A DNA stretch of 64,000 bases, taken from NCBI GenBank assembly GCA_964019425.1, contig OZ025801.1, forward strand, positions 62,001-126,000. The letters run 5' to 3'. Made by a program: the position numbers and the translations under genes. Below are positions 1-15,055 of the stretch, one piece after another. Position 1 is the first letter of the stretch. Each line of letters starts with the position of its first letter. This DNA comes from Flectonema sp. DT1601. Taxonomy: Eukaryota. The notes beneath the pieces were generated by a model. It worked only from the letters and a program-made list of their open reading frames with translations, was not told the origin of the DNA and did not search any database.

Positions 1-245
1 TATTTCTTGGGAGTTTCATGGGGCAACCCACCAGGAAAAAATTTACAGAAAAGTTTTATTTAGCAGCTGGGGCTGGGTCTTAGCTTTAACGTTAACGCAG
101 GAGCGGCGAAAATTACACCTTTCGGGGAAGAAAGCCAAAAAAAAAAAAAATATATTAAATATTTTTACGTAAAAATAAGAAACACGGTAAGTCTTTGTAC
201 ATTTTCTTCTGCTTGGCAAACAGAGGTGCACGGACAATAAAAAAA

Positions 246-356
246 CCCCAAAGGAAGAAAATTCTTCCTAAGGGGTTAGCTAAATATTCCAAGCAAGCTC
301 GGATGTTGAGACTGTACCAATAAAGTACAGAAACTGTAGCTTTAGAATCGTTGGTT
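246..356 (-). ncRNA. SL RNA: Spliced-leader (mini-exon donor) RNA, first complete copy; exon 356-318, intron 317-~246
   Basis: Reverse strand reads AACCAACGATTCTAAAGCTACAGTTTCTGTACTTTATTG|GTACAG: a 39-nt exon with the euglenozoan CAGTTTCTGTACTTTATTG end and a GT donor. Then stem-loop CCGAGC-TT-GCTTGG, putative Sm site AATATTTAG, a 3' hairpin (CCCC..GGAAG/CTTCC..GGGG) and a T7 tract. Confidence 0.96.
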
Positions 357-463
357 AACCTTAAAAAGTAGTTACCCCAGGTGATTAGAAATTACGTGGC
401 TTTTAGAACTACCAGCCAGTACTAACAGAAATGCTTGCTTGCGGGTAGGGAAGTAAGGGAAAA

Positions 464-583
464 AGCCTGCAAGCACCCGGGGTTCCCACGTGATCACTCA
501 CCGCAGTACTAACCAGGCCTGCTGGTGCTTAACTTCCCAAATCGGGCGGGATGGGGTGCATTCACCAGAGTATGGCCGCAGGC
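464..583 (-). rRNA. 5S rRNA: 5S rRNA, first copy (repeated every ~603 bp)
   Basis: Reverse strand GCCTGCGGCCATACTCTGGTGAATGCACCCCATCCCGCCCGATTTGGGAAGTTAAGC...GGTTAGTACT...GGGAACCCCGGGTGCTTGCAGGCTT: 120 nt, paired ends, conserved 5S motifs, T-run terminator. Confidence 0.97.
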
Positions 584-3500
584 AATAGCAGATTTTTTTA
601 TTTTATTTCTTGGGAGTTTCATGGGGCAACCCACCAGGAAAAAATTTACAGAAAAGTTTTATTTAGCAGCTGGGGCTGGGTCTTAGCTTTAACGTTAACG
701 CAGGAGCGGCGAAAATTACACCTTTCGGGGAAGAAAGCCAAAAAAAAAAAAAATATATTAAATATTTTTACGTAAAAATAAGAAACACGGTAAGTCTTTG
801 TACATTTTCTTCTGCTTGGCAAACAGAGGTGCACGGACAATAAAAAAACCCCAAAGGAAGAAAATTCTTCCTAAGGGGTTAGCTAAATATTCCAAGCAAG
901 CTCGGATGTTGAGACTGTACCAATAAAGTACAGAAACTGTAGCTTTAGAATCGTTGGTTAACCTTAAAAAGTAGTTACCCCAGGTGATTAGAAATTACGT
1001 GGCTTTTAGAACTACCAGCCAGTACTAACAGAAATGCTTGCTTGCGGGTAGGGAAGTAAGGGAAAAAGCCTGCAAGCACCCGGGGTTCCCACGTGATCAC
1101 TCACCGCAGTACTAACCAGGCCTGCTGGTGCTTAACTTCCCAAATCGGGCGGGATGGGGTGCATTCACCAGAGTATGGCCGCAGGCAATAGCAGATTTTT
1201 TTATTTTATTTCTTGGGAGTTTCATGGGGCAACCCACCAGGAAAAAATTTACAGAAAAGTTTTATTTAGCAGCTGGGGCTGGGTCTTAGCTTTAACGTTA
1301 ACGCAGGAGCGGCGAAAATTACACCTTTCGGGGAAGAAAGCCAAAAAAAAAAAAATATATTAAATATTTTTACGTAAAAATAAGAAACACGGTAAGTCTT
1401 TGTACATTTTCTTCTGCTTGGCAAACAGAGGTGCACGGACAATAAAAAAACCCCAAAGGAAGAAAATTCTTCCTAAGGGGTTAGCTAAATATTCCAAGCA
1501 AGCTCGGATGTTGAGACTGTACCAATAAAGTACAGAAACTGTAGCTTTAGAATCGTTGGTTAACCTTAAAAAGTAGTTACCCCAGGTGATTAGAAATTAC
1601 GTGGCTTTTAGAACTACCAGCCAGTACTAACAGAAATGCTTGCTTGCGGGTAGGGAAGTAAGGGAAAAAGCCTGCAAGCACCCGGGGTTCCCACGTGATC
1701 ACTCACCGCAGTACTAACCAGGCCTGCTGGTGCTTAACTTCCCAAATCGGGCGGGATGGGGTGCATTCACCAGAGTATGGCCGCAGGCAATAGCAGATTT
1801 TTTTATTTTATTTCTTGGGAGTTTCATGGGGCAACCCACCAGGAAAAAATTTACAGAAAAGTTTTATTTAGCAGCTGGGCTGGGTCTTAGCTTTAACGTT
1901 AACGCAGGAGCGGCGAAAATTACACCTTTCGGGGAAGAAAGCCAAAAAAAAAAAAAATATATTAAATATTTTTACGTAAAAATAAGAAACACGGTAAGTC
2001 TTTGTACATTTTCTTCTGCTTGGCAAACAGAGGTGCACGGACAATAAAAAAACCCCAAAGGAAGAAAATTCTTCCTAAGGGGTTAGCTAAATATTCCAAG
2101 CAAGCTCGGATGTTGAGACTGTACCAATAAAGTACAGAAACTGTAGCTTTAGAATCGTTGGTTAACCTTAAAAAGTAGTTACCCCAGGTGATTAGAAATT
2201 ACGTGGCTTTTAGAACTACCAGCCAGTACTAACAGAAATGCTTGCTTGCGGGTAGGGAAGTAAGGGAAAAAGCCTGCAAGCACCCGGGGTTCCCACGTGA
2301 TCACTCACCGCAGTACTAACCAGGCCTGCTGGTGCTTAACTTCCCAAATCGGGCGGGATGGGGTGCATTCACCAGAGTATGGCCGCAGGCAATAGCAGAT
2401 TTTTTTATTTTATTTCTTGGGAGTTTCATGGGGCAACCCACCAGGAAAAAATTTACAGAAAAGTTTTATTTAGCAGCTGGGGCTGGGTCTTAGCTTTAAC
2501 GTTAACGCAGGAGCGGCGAAAATTACACCTTTCGGGGAAGAAAGCCAAAAAAAAAAAAAATATATTAAATATTTTTACGTAAAAATAAGAAACACGGTAA
2601 GTCTTTGTACATTTTCTTCTGCTTGGCAAACAGAGGTGCACGGACAATAAAAAAACCCCAAAGGAAGAAAATTCTTCCTAAGGGGTTAGCTAAATATTCC
2701 AAGCAAGCTCGCGGATGTTGAGACTGTACCAATAAAGTACAGAAACTGTAGCTTTAGAATCGTTGGTTAACCTTAAAAAGTAGTTACCCCAGGTGATTAG
2801 AAATTACGTGGCTTTTAGAACTACCAGCCAGTACTAACAGAAATGCTTGCTTGCGGGTAGGGAAGTAAGGGAAAAAGCCTGCAAGCACCCGGGGTTCCCA
2901 CGTGATCACTCACCGCAGTACTAACCAGGCCTGCTGGTGCTTAACTTCCCAAATCGGGCGGGATGGGGTGCATTCACCAGAGTATGGCCGCAGGCAATAG
3001 CAGATTTTTTTATTTTATTTCTTGGGAGTTTCATGGGGCAACCCACCAGGAAAAAATTTACAGAAAAGTTTTATTTAGCAGCTGGGGCTGGGTCTTAGCT
3101 TTAACGTTAACGCAGGAGCGGCGAAAATTACACCTTTCGGGGAAGAAAGCCAAAAAAAAAAAAAATATATTAAATATTTTTACGTAAAAATAAGAAACAC
3201 GGTAAGTCTTTGTACATTTTCTTCTGCTTGGCAAACAGAGGTGCACGGACAATAAAAAAACCCCAAAGGAAGAAAATTCTTCCTAAGGGGTTAGCTAAAT
3301 ATTCCAAGCAAGCTCGGATGTTGAGACTGTACCAATAAAGTACAGAAACTGTAGCTTTAGAATCGTTGGTTAACCTTAAAAAGTAGTTACCCCAGGTGAT
3401 TAGAAATTACGTGGCTTTTAGAACTACCAGCCAGTACTAACAGAAATGCTTGCTTGCGGGTAGGGAAGTAAGGGAAAAAGCCTGCAAGCACCCGGGGTTC

Positions 3501-6500
3501 CCACGTGATCACTCACCGCAGTACTAACCAGGCCTGCTGGTGCTTAACTTCCCAAATCGGGCGGGATGGGGTGCATTCACCAGAGTATGGCCGCAGGCAA
3601 TAGCAGATTTTTTTATTTTATTTCTTGGGAGTTTCATGGGGCAACCCACCAGGAAAAAATTTACAGAAAAGTTTTATTTAGCAGCTGGGGCTGGGTCTTA
3701 GCTTTAACGTTAACGCAGGAGCGGCGAAAATTACACCTTTCGGGGAAGAAAGCCAAAAAAAAAAAAAATATATTAAATATTTTTACGTAAAAATAAGAAA
3801 CACGGTAAGTCTTTGTACATTTTCTTCTGCTTGGCAAACAGAGGTGCACGGACAATAAAAAAACCCCAAAGGAAGAAAATTCTTCCTAAGGGGTTAGCTA
3901 AATATTCCAAGCAAGCTCGGATGTTGAGACTGTACCAATAAAGTACAGAAACTGTAGCTTTAGAATCGTTGGTTAACCTTAAAAAGTAGTTACCCCAGGT
4001 GATTAGAAATTACGTGGCTTTTAGAACTACCAGCCAGTACTAACAGAAATGCTTGCTTGCGGGTAGGGAAGTAAGGGAAAAAGCCTGCAAGCACCCGGGG
4101 TTCCCACGTGATCACTCACCGCAGTACTAACCAGGCCTGCTGGTGCTTAACTTCCCAAATCGGGCGGGATGGGGTGCATTCACCAGAGTATGGCCGCAGG
4201 CAATAGCAGATTTTTTTATTTTATTTCTTGGGAGTTTCATGGGGCAACCCACCAGGAAAAAATTTACAGAAAAGTTTTATTTAGCAGCTGGGGCTGGGTC
4301 TTAGCTTTAACGTTAACGCAGGAGCGGCGAAAATTACACCTTTCGGGGAAGAAAGCCAAAAAAAAAAAAAATATATTAAATATTTTTACGTAAAAATAAG
4401 AAACACGGTAAGTCTTTGTACATTTTCTTCTGCTTGGCAAACAGAGGTGCACGGACAATAAAAAAACCCCAAAGGAAGAAAATTCTTCCTAAGGGGTTAG
4501 CTAAATATTCCAAGCAAGCTCGGATGTTGAGACTGTACCAATAAAGTACAGAAACTGTAGCTTTAGAATCGTTGGTTAACCTTAAAAAGTAGTTACCCCA
4601 GGTGATTAGAAATTACGTGGCTTTTAGAACTACCAGCCAGTACTAACAGAAATGCTTGCTTGCGGGTAGAGGAAGTAAGGGAAAAAGCCTGCAAGCACCC
4701 GGGGTTCCCACGTGATCACTCACCGCAGTACTAACCAGGCCTGCTGGTGCTTAACTTCCCAAATCGGGCGGGATGGGGTGCATTCACCAGAGTATGGCCG
4801 CAGGCAATAGCAGATTTTTTTATTTTATTTCTTGGGAGTTTCATGGGGCAACCCACCAGGAAAAAATTTACAGAAAAGTTTTATTTAGCAGCTGGGGCTG
4901 GGTCTTAGCTTTAACGTTAACGCAGGAGCGGCGAAAATTACACCTTTCGGGGAAGAAAGCCAAAAAAAAAAAAAATATATTAAATATTTTTACGTAAAAA
5001 TAAGAAACACGGTAAGTCTTTGTACATTTTCTTCTGCTTGGCAAACAGAGGTGCACGGACAATAAAAAAACCCCAAAGGAAGAAAATTCTTCCTAAGGGG
5101 TTAGCTAAATATTCCAAGCAAGCTCGGATGTTGAGACTGTACCAATAAAGTACAGAAACTGTAGCTTTAGAATCGTTGGTTAACCTTAAAAAGTAGTTAC
5201 CCCAGGTGATTAGAAATTACGTGGCTTTTAGAACTACCAGCCAGTACTAACAGAAATGCTTGCTTGCGGGTAGGGAAGTAAGGGAAAAAGCCTGCAAGCA
5301 CCCGGGGTTCCCACGTGATCACTCACCGCAGTACTAACCAGGCCTGCTGGTGCTTAACTTCCCAAATCGGGCGGGATGGGGTGCATTCACCAGAGTATGG
5401 CCGCAGGCAATAGCAGATTTTTTTATTTTATTTCTTGGGAGTTTCATGGGGCAACCCACCAGGAAAAAATTTACAGAAAAGTTTTATTTAGCAGCTGGGG
5501 CTGGGTCTTAGCTTTAACGTTAACGCAGGAGCGGCGAAAATTACACCTTTCGGGGAAGAAAGCCAAAAAAAAAAAAAATATATTAAATATTTTTACGTAA
5601 AAATAAGAAACACGGTAAGTCTTTGTACATTTTCTTCTGCTTGGCAAACAGAGGTGCACGGACAATAAAAAAACCCCAAAGGAAGAAAATTCTTCCTAAG
5701 GGGTTAGCTAAATATTCCAAGCAAGCTCGGATGTTGAGACTGTACCAATAAAGTACAGAAACTGTAGCTTTAGAATCGTTGGTTAACCTTAAAAAGTAGT
5801 TACCCCAGGTGATTAGAAATTACGTGGCTTTTAGAACTACCAGCCAGTACTAACAGAAATGCTTGCTTGCGGGTAGGGAAGTAAGGGAAAAAGCCTGCAA
5901 GCACCCGGGGTTCCCACGTGATCACTCACCGCAGTACTAACCAGGCCTGCTGGTGCTTAACTTCCCAAATCGGGCGGGATGGGGTGCATTCACCAGAGTA
6001 TGGCCGCAGGCAATAGCAGATTTTTTTATTTTATTTCTTGGGAGTTTCATGGGGCAACCCACCAGGAAAAAATTTACAGAAAAGTTTTATTTAGCAGCTG
6101 GGGCTGGGTCTTAGCTTTAACGTTAACGCAGGAGCGGCGAAAATTACACCTTTCGGGGAAGAAAGCCAAAAAAAAAAAAAATATATTAAATATTTTTACG
6201 TAAAAATAAGAAACACGGTAAGTCTTTGTACATTTTCTTCTGCTTGGCAAACAGAGGTGCACGGACAATAAAAAAACCCCAAAGGAAGAAAATTCTTCCT
6301 AAGGGGTTAGCTAAATATTCCAAGCAAGCTCGGATGTTGAGACTGTACCAATAAAGTACAGAAACTGTAGCTTTAGAATCGTTGGTTAACCTTAAAAAGT
6401 AGTTACCCCAGGTGATTAGAAATTACGTGGCTTTTAGAACTACCAGCCAGTACTAACAGAAATGCTTGCTTGCGGGTAGGGAAGTAAGGGAAAAAGCCTG

Positions 6501-9500
6501 CAAGCACCCGGGGTTCCCACGTGATCACTCACCGCAGTACTAACCAGGCCTGCTGGTGCTTAACTTCCCAAATCGGGCGGGATGGGGTGCATTCACCAGA
6601 GTATGGCCGCAGGCAATAGCAGATTTTTTTATTTTATTTCTTGGGAGTTTCATGGGGCAACCCACCAGGAAAAAATTTACAGAAAAGTTTTATTTAGCAG
6701 CTGGGGCTGGGTCTTAGCTTTAACGTTAACGCAGGAGCGGCGAAAATTACACCTTTCGGGGAAGAAAGCCAAAAAAAAAAAAAATATATTAAATATTTTT
6801 ACGTAAAAATAAGAAACACGGTAAGTCTTTGTACATTTTCTTCTGCTTGGCAAACAGAGGTGCACGGACAATAAAAAAACCCCAAAGGAAGAAAATTCTT
6901 CCTAAGGGGTTAGCTAAATATTCCAAGCAAGCTCGGATGTTGAGACTGTACCAATAAAGTACAGAAACTGTAGCTTTAGAATCGTTGGTTAACCTTAAAA
7001 AGTAGTTACCCCAGGTGATTAGAAATTACGTGGCTTTTAGAACTACCAGCCAGTACTAACAGAAATGCTTGCTTGCGGGTAGGGAAGTAAGGGAAAAAGC
7101 CTGCAAGCACCCGGGGTTCCCACGTGATCACTCACCGCAGTACTAACCAGGCCTGCTGGTGCTTAACTTCCCAAATCGGGCGGGATGGGGTGCATTCACC
7201 AGAGTATGGCCGCAGGCAATAGCAGATTTTTTTATTTTATTTCTTGGGAGTTTCATGGGGCAACCCACCAGGAAAAAATTTACAGAAAAGTTTTATTTAG
7301 CAGCTGGGGCTGGGTCTGCTTTAACGTTAACGCAGGAGCGGCGAAAATTACACCTTTCGGGGAAGAAAGCCAAAAAAAAAAAAAATATATTAAATATTTT
7401 TACGTAAAAATAAGAAACACGGTAAGTCTTTGTACATTTTCTTCTGCTTGGCAAACAGAGGTGCACGGACAATAAAAAAACCCCAAAGGAAGAAAATTCT
7501 TCCTAAGGGGTTAGCTAAATATTCCAAGCAAGCTCGGATGTTGAGACTGTACCAATAAAGTACAGAAACTGTAGCTTTAGAATCGTTGGTTAACCTTAAA
7601 AAGTAGTTACCCCAGGTGATTAGAAATTACGTGGCTTTTAGAACTACCAGCCAGTACTAACAGAAATGCTTGCTTGCGGGTAGGGAAGTAAGGGAAAAAG
7701 CCTGCAAGCACCCGGGGTTCCCACGTGATCACTCACCGCAGTACTAACCAGGCCTGCTGGTGCTTAACTTCCCAAATCGGGCGGGATGGGGTGCATTCAC
7801 CAGAGTATGGCCGCAGGCAATAGCAGATTTTTTTATTTTATTTCTTGGGAGTTTCATGGGGCAACCCACCAGGAAAAAATTTACAGAAAAGTTTTATTTA
7901 GCAGCTGGGGCTGGGTCTTAGCTTTAACGTTAACGCAGGAGCGGCGAAAATTACACCTTTCGGGGAAGAAAGCCAAAAAAAAAAAAATATATATTAAATA
8001 TTTTTACGTAAAAATAAGAAACACGGTAAGTCTTTGTACATTTTCTTCTGCTTGGCAAACAGAGGTGCACGGACAATAAAAAAACCCCAAAGGAAGAAAA
8101 TTCTTCCTAAGGGGTTAGCTAAATATTCCAAGCAAGCTCGGATGTTGAGACTGTACCAATAAAGTACAGAAACTGTAGCTTTAGAATCGTTGGTTAACCT
8201 TAAAAAGTAGTTACCCCAGGTGATTAGAAATTACGTGGCTTTTAGAACTACCAGCCAGTACTAACAGAAATGCTTGCTTGCGGGTAGGGAAGTAAGGGAA
8301 AAAGCCTGCAAGCACCCGGGGTTCCCACGTGATCACTCACCGCAGTACTAACCAGGCCTGCTGGTGCTTAACTTCCCAAATCGGGCGGGATGGGGTGCAT
8401 TCACCAGAGTATGGCCGCAGGCAATAGCAGATTTTTTTATTTTATTTCTTGGGAGTTTCATGGGGCAACCCACCAGGAAAAAATTTACAGAAAAGTTTTA
8501 TTTAGCAGCTGGGGCTGGGTCTTAGCTTTAACGTTAACGCAGGAGCGGCGAAAATTACACCTTTCGGGGAAGAAAGCCAAAAAAAAAAAAAATATATTAA
8601 ATATTTTTACGTAAAAATAAGAAACACGGTAAGTCTTTGTACATTTTCTTCTGCTTGGCAAACAGAGGTGCACGGACAATAAAAAAACCCCAAAGGAAGA
8701 AAATTCTTCCTAAGGGGTTAGCTAAATATTCCAAGCAAGCTCGGATGTTGAGACTGTACCAATAAAGTACAGAAACTGTAGCTTTAGAATCGTTGGTTAA
8801 CCTTAAAAAGTAGTTACCCCAGGTGATTAGAAATTACGTGGCTTTTAGAACTACCAGCCAGTACTAACAGAAATGCTTGCTTGCGGGTAGGGAAGTAAGG
8901 GAAAAAGCCTGCAAGCACCCGGGGTTCCCACGTGATCACTCACCGCAGTACTAACCAGGCCTGCTGGTGCTTAACTTCCCAAATCGGGCGGGATGGGGTG
9001 CATTCACCAGAGTATGGCCGCAGGCAATAGCAGATTTTTTTATTTTATTTCTTGGGAGTTTCATGGGGCAACCCACCAGGAAAAAATTTACAGAAAAGTT
9101 TTATTTAGCAGCTGGGGCTGGGTCTTAGCTTTAACGTTAACGCAGGAGCGGCGAAAATTACACCTTTCGGGGAAGAAAGCCAAAAAAAAAAAAAATATAT
9201 TAAATATTTTTACGTAAAAATAAGAAACACGGTAAGTCTTTGTACATTTTCTTCTGCTTGGCAAACAGAGGTGCACGGACAATAAAAAAACCCCAAAGGA
9301 AGAAAATTCTTCCTAAGGGGTTAGCTAAATATTCCAAGCAAGCTCGGATGTTGAGACTGTACCAATAAAGTACAGAAACTGTAGCTTTAGAATCGTTGGT
9401 TAACCTTAAAAAGTAGTTACCCCAGGTGATTAGAAATTACGTGGCTTTTAGAACTACCAGCCAGTACTAACAGAAATGCTTGCTTGCGGGTAGGGAAGTA

Positions 9501-12500
9501 AGGGAAAAAGCCTGCAAGCACCCGGGGTTCCCACGTGATCACTCACCGCAGTACTAACCAGGCCTGCTGGTGCTTAACTTCCCAAATCGGGCGGGATGGG
9601 GTGCATTCACCAGAGTATGGCCGCAGGCAATAGCAGATTTTTTTATTTTATTTCTTGGGAGTTTCATGGGGCAACCCACCAGGAAAAAATTTACAGAAAA
9701 GTTTTATTTAGCAGCTGGGGCTGGGTCTTAGCTTTAACGTTAACGCAGGAGCGGCGAAAATTACACCTTTCGGGGAAGAAAGCCAAAAAAAAAAAAAATA
9801 TATTAAATATTTTTACGTAAAAATAAGAAACACGGTAAGTCTTTGTACATTTTCTTCTGCTTGGCAAACAGAGGTGCACGGACAATAAAAAAACCCCAAA
9901 GGAAGAAAATTCTTCCTAAGGGGTTAGCTAAATATTCCAAGCAAGCTCGGATGTTGAGACTGTACCAATAAAGTACAGAAACTGTAGCTTTAGAATCGTT
10001 GGTTAACCTTAAAAAGTAGTTACCCCAGGTGATTAGAAATTACGTGGCTTTTAGAACTACCAGCCAGTACTAACAGAAATGCTTGCTTGCGGGTAGGGAA
10101 GTAAGGGAAAAAGCCTGCAAGCACCCGGGGTTCCCACGTGATCACTCACCGCAGTACTAACCAGGCCTGCTGGTGCTTAACTTCCCAAATCGGGCGGGAT
10201 GGGGTGCATTCACCAGAGTATGGCCGCAGGCAATAGCAGATTTTTTTATTTTATTTCTTGGGAGTTTCATGGGGCAACCCACCAGGAAAAAATTTACAGA
10301 AAAGTTTTATTTAGCAGCTGGGGCTGGGTCTTAGCTTTAACGTTAACGCAGGAGCGGCGAAAATTACACCTTTCGGGGAAGAAAGCCAAAAAAAAAAAAA
10401 ATATATTAAATATTTTTACGTAAAAATAAGAAACACGGTAAGTCTTTGTACATTTTCTTCTGCTTGGCAAACAGAGGTGCACGGACAATAAAAAAACCCC
10501 AAAGGAAGAAAATTCTTCCTAAGGGGTTAGCTAAATATTCCAAGCAAGCTCGGATGTTGAGACTGTACCAATAAAGTACAGAAACTGTAGCTTTAGAATC
10601 GTTGGTTAACCTTAAAAAGTAGTTACCCCAGGTGATTAGAAATTACGTGGCTTTTAGAACTACCAGCCAGTACTAACAGAAATGCTTGCTTGCGGGTAGG
10701 GAAGTAAGGGAAAAAGCCTGCAAGCACCCGGGGTTCCCACGTGATCACTCACCGCAGTACTAACCAGGCCTGCTGGTGCTTAACTTCCCAAATCGGGCGG
10801 GATGGGGTGCATTCACCAGAGTATGGCCGCAGGCAATAGCAGATTTTTTTATTTTATTTCTTGGGAGTTTCATGGGGCAACCCACCAGGAAAAAATTTAC
10901 AGAAAAGTTTTATTTAGCAGCTGGGGCTGGGTCTTAGCTTTAACGTTAACGCAGGAGCGGCGAAAATTACACCTTTCGGGGAAGAAAGCCAAAAAAAAAA
11001 AAAATATATTAAATATTTTTACGTAAAAATAAGAAACACGGTAAGTCTTTGTACATTTTCTTCTGCTTGGCAAACAGAGGTGCACGGACAATAAAAAAAC
11101 CCCAAAGGAAGAAAATTCTTCCTAAGGGGTTAGCTAAATATTCCAAGCAAGCTCGGATGTTGAGACTGTACCAATAAAGTACAGAAACTGTAGCTTTAGA
11201 ATCGTTGGTTAACCTTAAAAAGTAGTTACCCCAGGTGATTAGAAATTACGTGGCTTTTAGAACTACCAGCCAGTACTAACAGAAATGCTTGCTTGCGGGT
11301 AGGGAAGTAAGGGAAAAAGCCTGCAAGCACCCGGGGTTCCCACGTGATCACTCACCGCAGTACTAACCAGGCCTGCTGGTGCTTAACTTCCCAAATCGGG
11401 CGGGATGGGGTGCATTCACCAGAGTATGGCCGCAGGCAATAGCAGATTTTTTTATTTTATTTCTTGGGAGTTTCATGGGGCAACCCACCAGGAAAAAATT
11501 TACAGAAAAGTTTTATTTAGCAGCTGGGGCTGGGTCTTAGCTTTAACGTTAACGCAGGAGCGGCGAAAATTACACCTTTCGGGGAAGAAAGCCAAAAAAA
11601 AAAAAAATATATTAAATATTTTTACGTAAAAATAAGAAACACGGTAAGTCTTTGTACATTTTCTTCTGCTTGGCAAACAGAGGTGCACGGACAATAAAAA
11701 AACCCCAAAGGAAGAAAATTCTTCCTAAGGGGTTAGCTAAATATTCCAAGCAAGCTCGGATGTTGAGACTGTACCAATAAAGTACAGAAACTGTAGCTTT
11801 AGAATCGTTGGTTAACCTTAAAAAGTAGTTACCCCAGGTGATTAGAAATTACGTGGCTTTTAGAACTACCAGCCAGTACTAACAGAAATGCTTGCTTGCG
11901 GGTAGGGAAGTAAGGGAAAAAGCCTGCAAGCACCCGGGGTTCCCACGTGATCACTCACCGCAGTACTAACCAGGCCTGCTGGTGCTTAACTTCCCAAATC
12001 GGGCGGGATGGGGTGCATTCACCAGAGTATGGCCGCAGGCAATAGCAGATTTTTTTATTTTATTTCTTGGGAGTTTCATGGGGCAACCCACCAGGAAAAA
12101 ATTTACAGAAAAGTTTTATTTAGCAGCTGGGGCTGGGTCTTAGCTTTAACGTTAACGCAGGAGCGGCGAAAATTACACCTTTCGGGGAAGAAAGCCAAAA
12201 AAAAAAAAAATATATTAAATATTTTTACGTAAAAATAAGAAACACGGTAAGTCTTTGTACATTTTCTTCTGCTTGGCAAACAGAGGTGCACGGACAATAA
12301 AAAAACCCCAAAGGAAGAAAATTCTTCCTAAGGGGTTAGCTAAATATTCCAAGCAAGCTCGGATGTTGAGACTGTACCAATAAAGTACAGAAACTGTAGC
12401 TTTAGAATCGTTGGTTAACCTTAAAAAGTAGTTACCCCAGGTGATTAGAAATTACGTGGCTTTTAGAACTACCAGCCAGTACTAACAGAAATGCTTGCTT

Positions 12501-14717
12501 GCGGGTAGGGAAGTAAGGGAAAAAGCCTGCAAGCACCCGGGGTTCCCACGTGATCACTCACCGCAGTACTAACCAGGCCTGCTGGTGCTTAACTTCCCAA
12601 ATCGGGCGGGATGGGGTGCATTCACCAGAGTATGGCCGCAGGCAATAGCAGATTTTTTTATTTTATTTCTTGGGAGTTTCATGGGGCAACCCACCAGGAA
12701 AAAATTTACAGAAAAGTTTTATTTAGCAGCTGGGGCTGGGTCTTAGCTTTAACGTTAACGCAGGAGCGGCGAAAATTACACCTTTCGGGGAAGAAAGCCA
12801 AAAAAAAAAAAAATATATTAAATATTTTTACGTAAAAATAAGAAACACGGTAAGTCTTTGTACATTTTCTTCTGCTTGGCAAACAGAGGTGCACGGACAA
12901 TAAAAAAACCCCAAAGGAAGAAAATTCTTCCTAAGGGGTTAGCTAAATATTCCAAGCAAGCTCGGATGTTGAGACTGTACCAATAAAGTACAGAAACTGT
13001 AGCTTTAGAATCGTTGGTTAACCTTAAAAAGTAGTTACCCCAGGTGATTAGAAATTACGTGGCTTTTAGAACTACCAGCCAGTACTAACAGAAATGCTTG
13101 CTTGCGGGTAGGGAAGTAAGGGAAAAAGCCTGCAAGCACCCGGGGTTCCCACGTGATCACTCACCGCAGTACTAACCAGGCCTGCTGGTGCTTAACTTCC
13201 CAAATCGGGCGGGATGGGGTGCATTCACCAGAGTATGGCCGCAGGCAATAGCAGATTTTTTTATTTTATTTCTTGGGAGTTTCATGGGGCAACCCACCAG
13301 GAAAAAATTTACAGAAAAGTTTTATTTAGCAGCTGGGGCTGGGTCTTAGCTTTAACGTTAACGCAGGAGCGGCGAAAATTACACCTTTCGGGGAAGAAAG
13401 CCAAAAAAAAAAAAAATATATTAAATATTTTTACGTAAAAATAAGAAACACGGTAAGTCTTTGTACATTTTCTTCTGCTTGGCAAACAGAGGTGCACGGA
13501 CAATAAAAAAACCCCAAAGGAAGAAAATTCTTCCTAAGGGGTTAGCTAAATATTCCAAGCAAGCTCGGATGTTGAGACTGTACCAATAAAGTACAGAAAC
13601 TGTAGCTTTAGAATCGTTGGTTAACCTTAAAAAGTAGTTACCCCAGGTGATTAGAAATTACGTGGCTTTTAGAACTACCAGCCAGTACTAACAGAAATGC
13701 TTGCTTGCGGGTAGGGAAGTAAGGGAAAAAGCCTGCAAGCACCCGGGGTTCCCACGTGATCACTCACCGCAGTACTAACCAGGCCTGCTGGTGCTTAACT
13801 TCCCAAATCGGGCGGGATGGGGTGCATTCACCAGAGTATGGCCGCAGGCAATAGCAGATTTTTTTATTTTATTTCTTGGGAGTTTCATGGGGCAACCCAC
13901 CAGGAAAAAATTTACAGAAAAGTTTTATTTAGCAGCTGGGGCTGGGTCTTAGCTTTAACGTTAACGCAGGAGCGGCGAAAATTACACCTTTCGGGGAAGA
14001 AAGCCAAAAAAAAAAAAAATATATTAAATATTTTTACGTAAAAATAAGAAACACGGTAAGTCTTTGTACATTTTCTTCTGCTTGGCAAACAGAGGTGCAC
14101 GGACAATAAAAAAACCCCAAAGGAAGAAAATTCTTCCTAAGGGGTTAGCTAAATATTCCAAGCAAGCTCGGATGTTGAGACTGTACCAATAAAGTACAGA
14201 AACTGTAGCTTTAGAATCGTTGGTTAACCTTAAAAAGTAGTTACCCCAGGTGATTAGAAATTACGTGGCTTTTAGAACTACCAGCCAGTACTAACAGAAA
14301 TGCTTGCTTGCGGGTAGGGAAGTAAGGGAAAAAGCCTGCAAGCACCCGGGGTTCCCACGTGATCACTCACCGCAGTACTAACCAGGCCTGCTGGTGCTTA
14401 ACTTCCCAAATCGGGCGGGATGGGGTGCATTCACCAGAGTATGGCCGCAGGCAATAGCAGATTTTTTTATTTTATTTCTTGGGAGTTTCATGGGGCAACC
14501 CACCAGGAAAAAATTTACAGAAAAGTTTTATTTAGCAGCTGGGGCTGGGTCTTAGCTTTAACGTTAACGCAGGAGCGGCGAAAATTACACCTTTCGGGGA
14601 AGAAAGCCAAAAAAAAAAAAAATATATTAAATATTTTTACGTAAAAATAAGAAACACGGTAAGTCTTTGTACATTTTCTTCTGCTTGGCAAACAGAGGTG
14701 CACGGACAATAAAAAAA

Positions 14718-14828
14718 CCCCAAAGGAAGAAAATTCTTCCTAAGGGGTTAGCTAAATATTCCAAGCAAGCTCGGATGTTGAGACTGTACCAATAAAGTAC
14801 AGAAACTGTAGCTTTAGAATCGTTGGTT
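14718..14828 (-). ncRNA. SL RNA: SL RNA, last copy in array
   Basis: Same sequence as 246-356. Confidence 0.95.
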
Positions 14829-14935
14829 AACCTTAAAAAGTAGTTACCCCAGGTGATTAGAAATTACGTGGCTTTTAGAACTACCAGCCAGTACTAACAG
14901 AAATGCTTGCTTGCGGGTAGGGAAGTAAGGGAAAA

Positions 14936-15055
14936 AGCCTGCAAGCACCCGGGGTTCCCACGTGATCACTCACCGCAGTACTAACCAGGCCTGCTGGTGC
15001 TTAACTTCCCAAATCGGGCGGGATGGGGTGCATTCACCAGAGTATGGCCGCAGGC
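14936..15055 (-). rRNA. 5S rRNA: 5S rRNA, last copy in array
   Basis: Same sequence as 464-583. Confidence 0.96.
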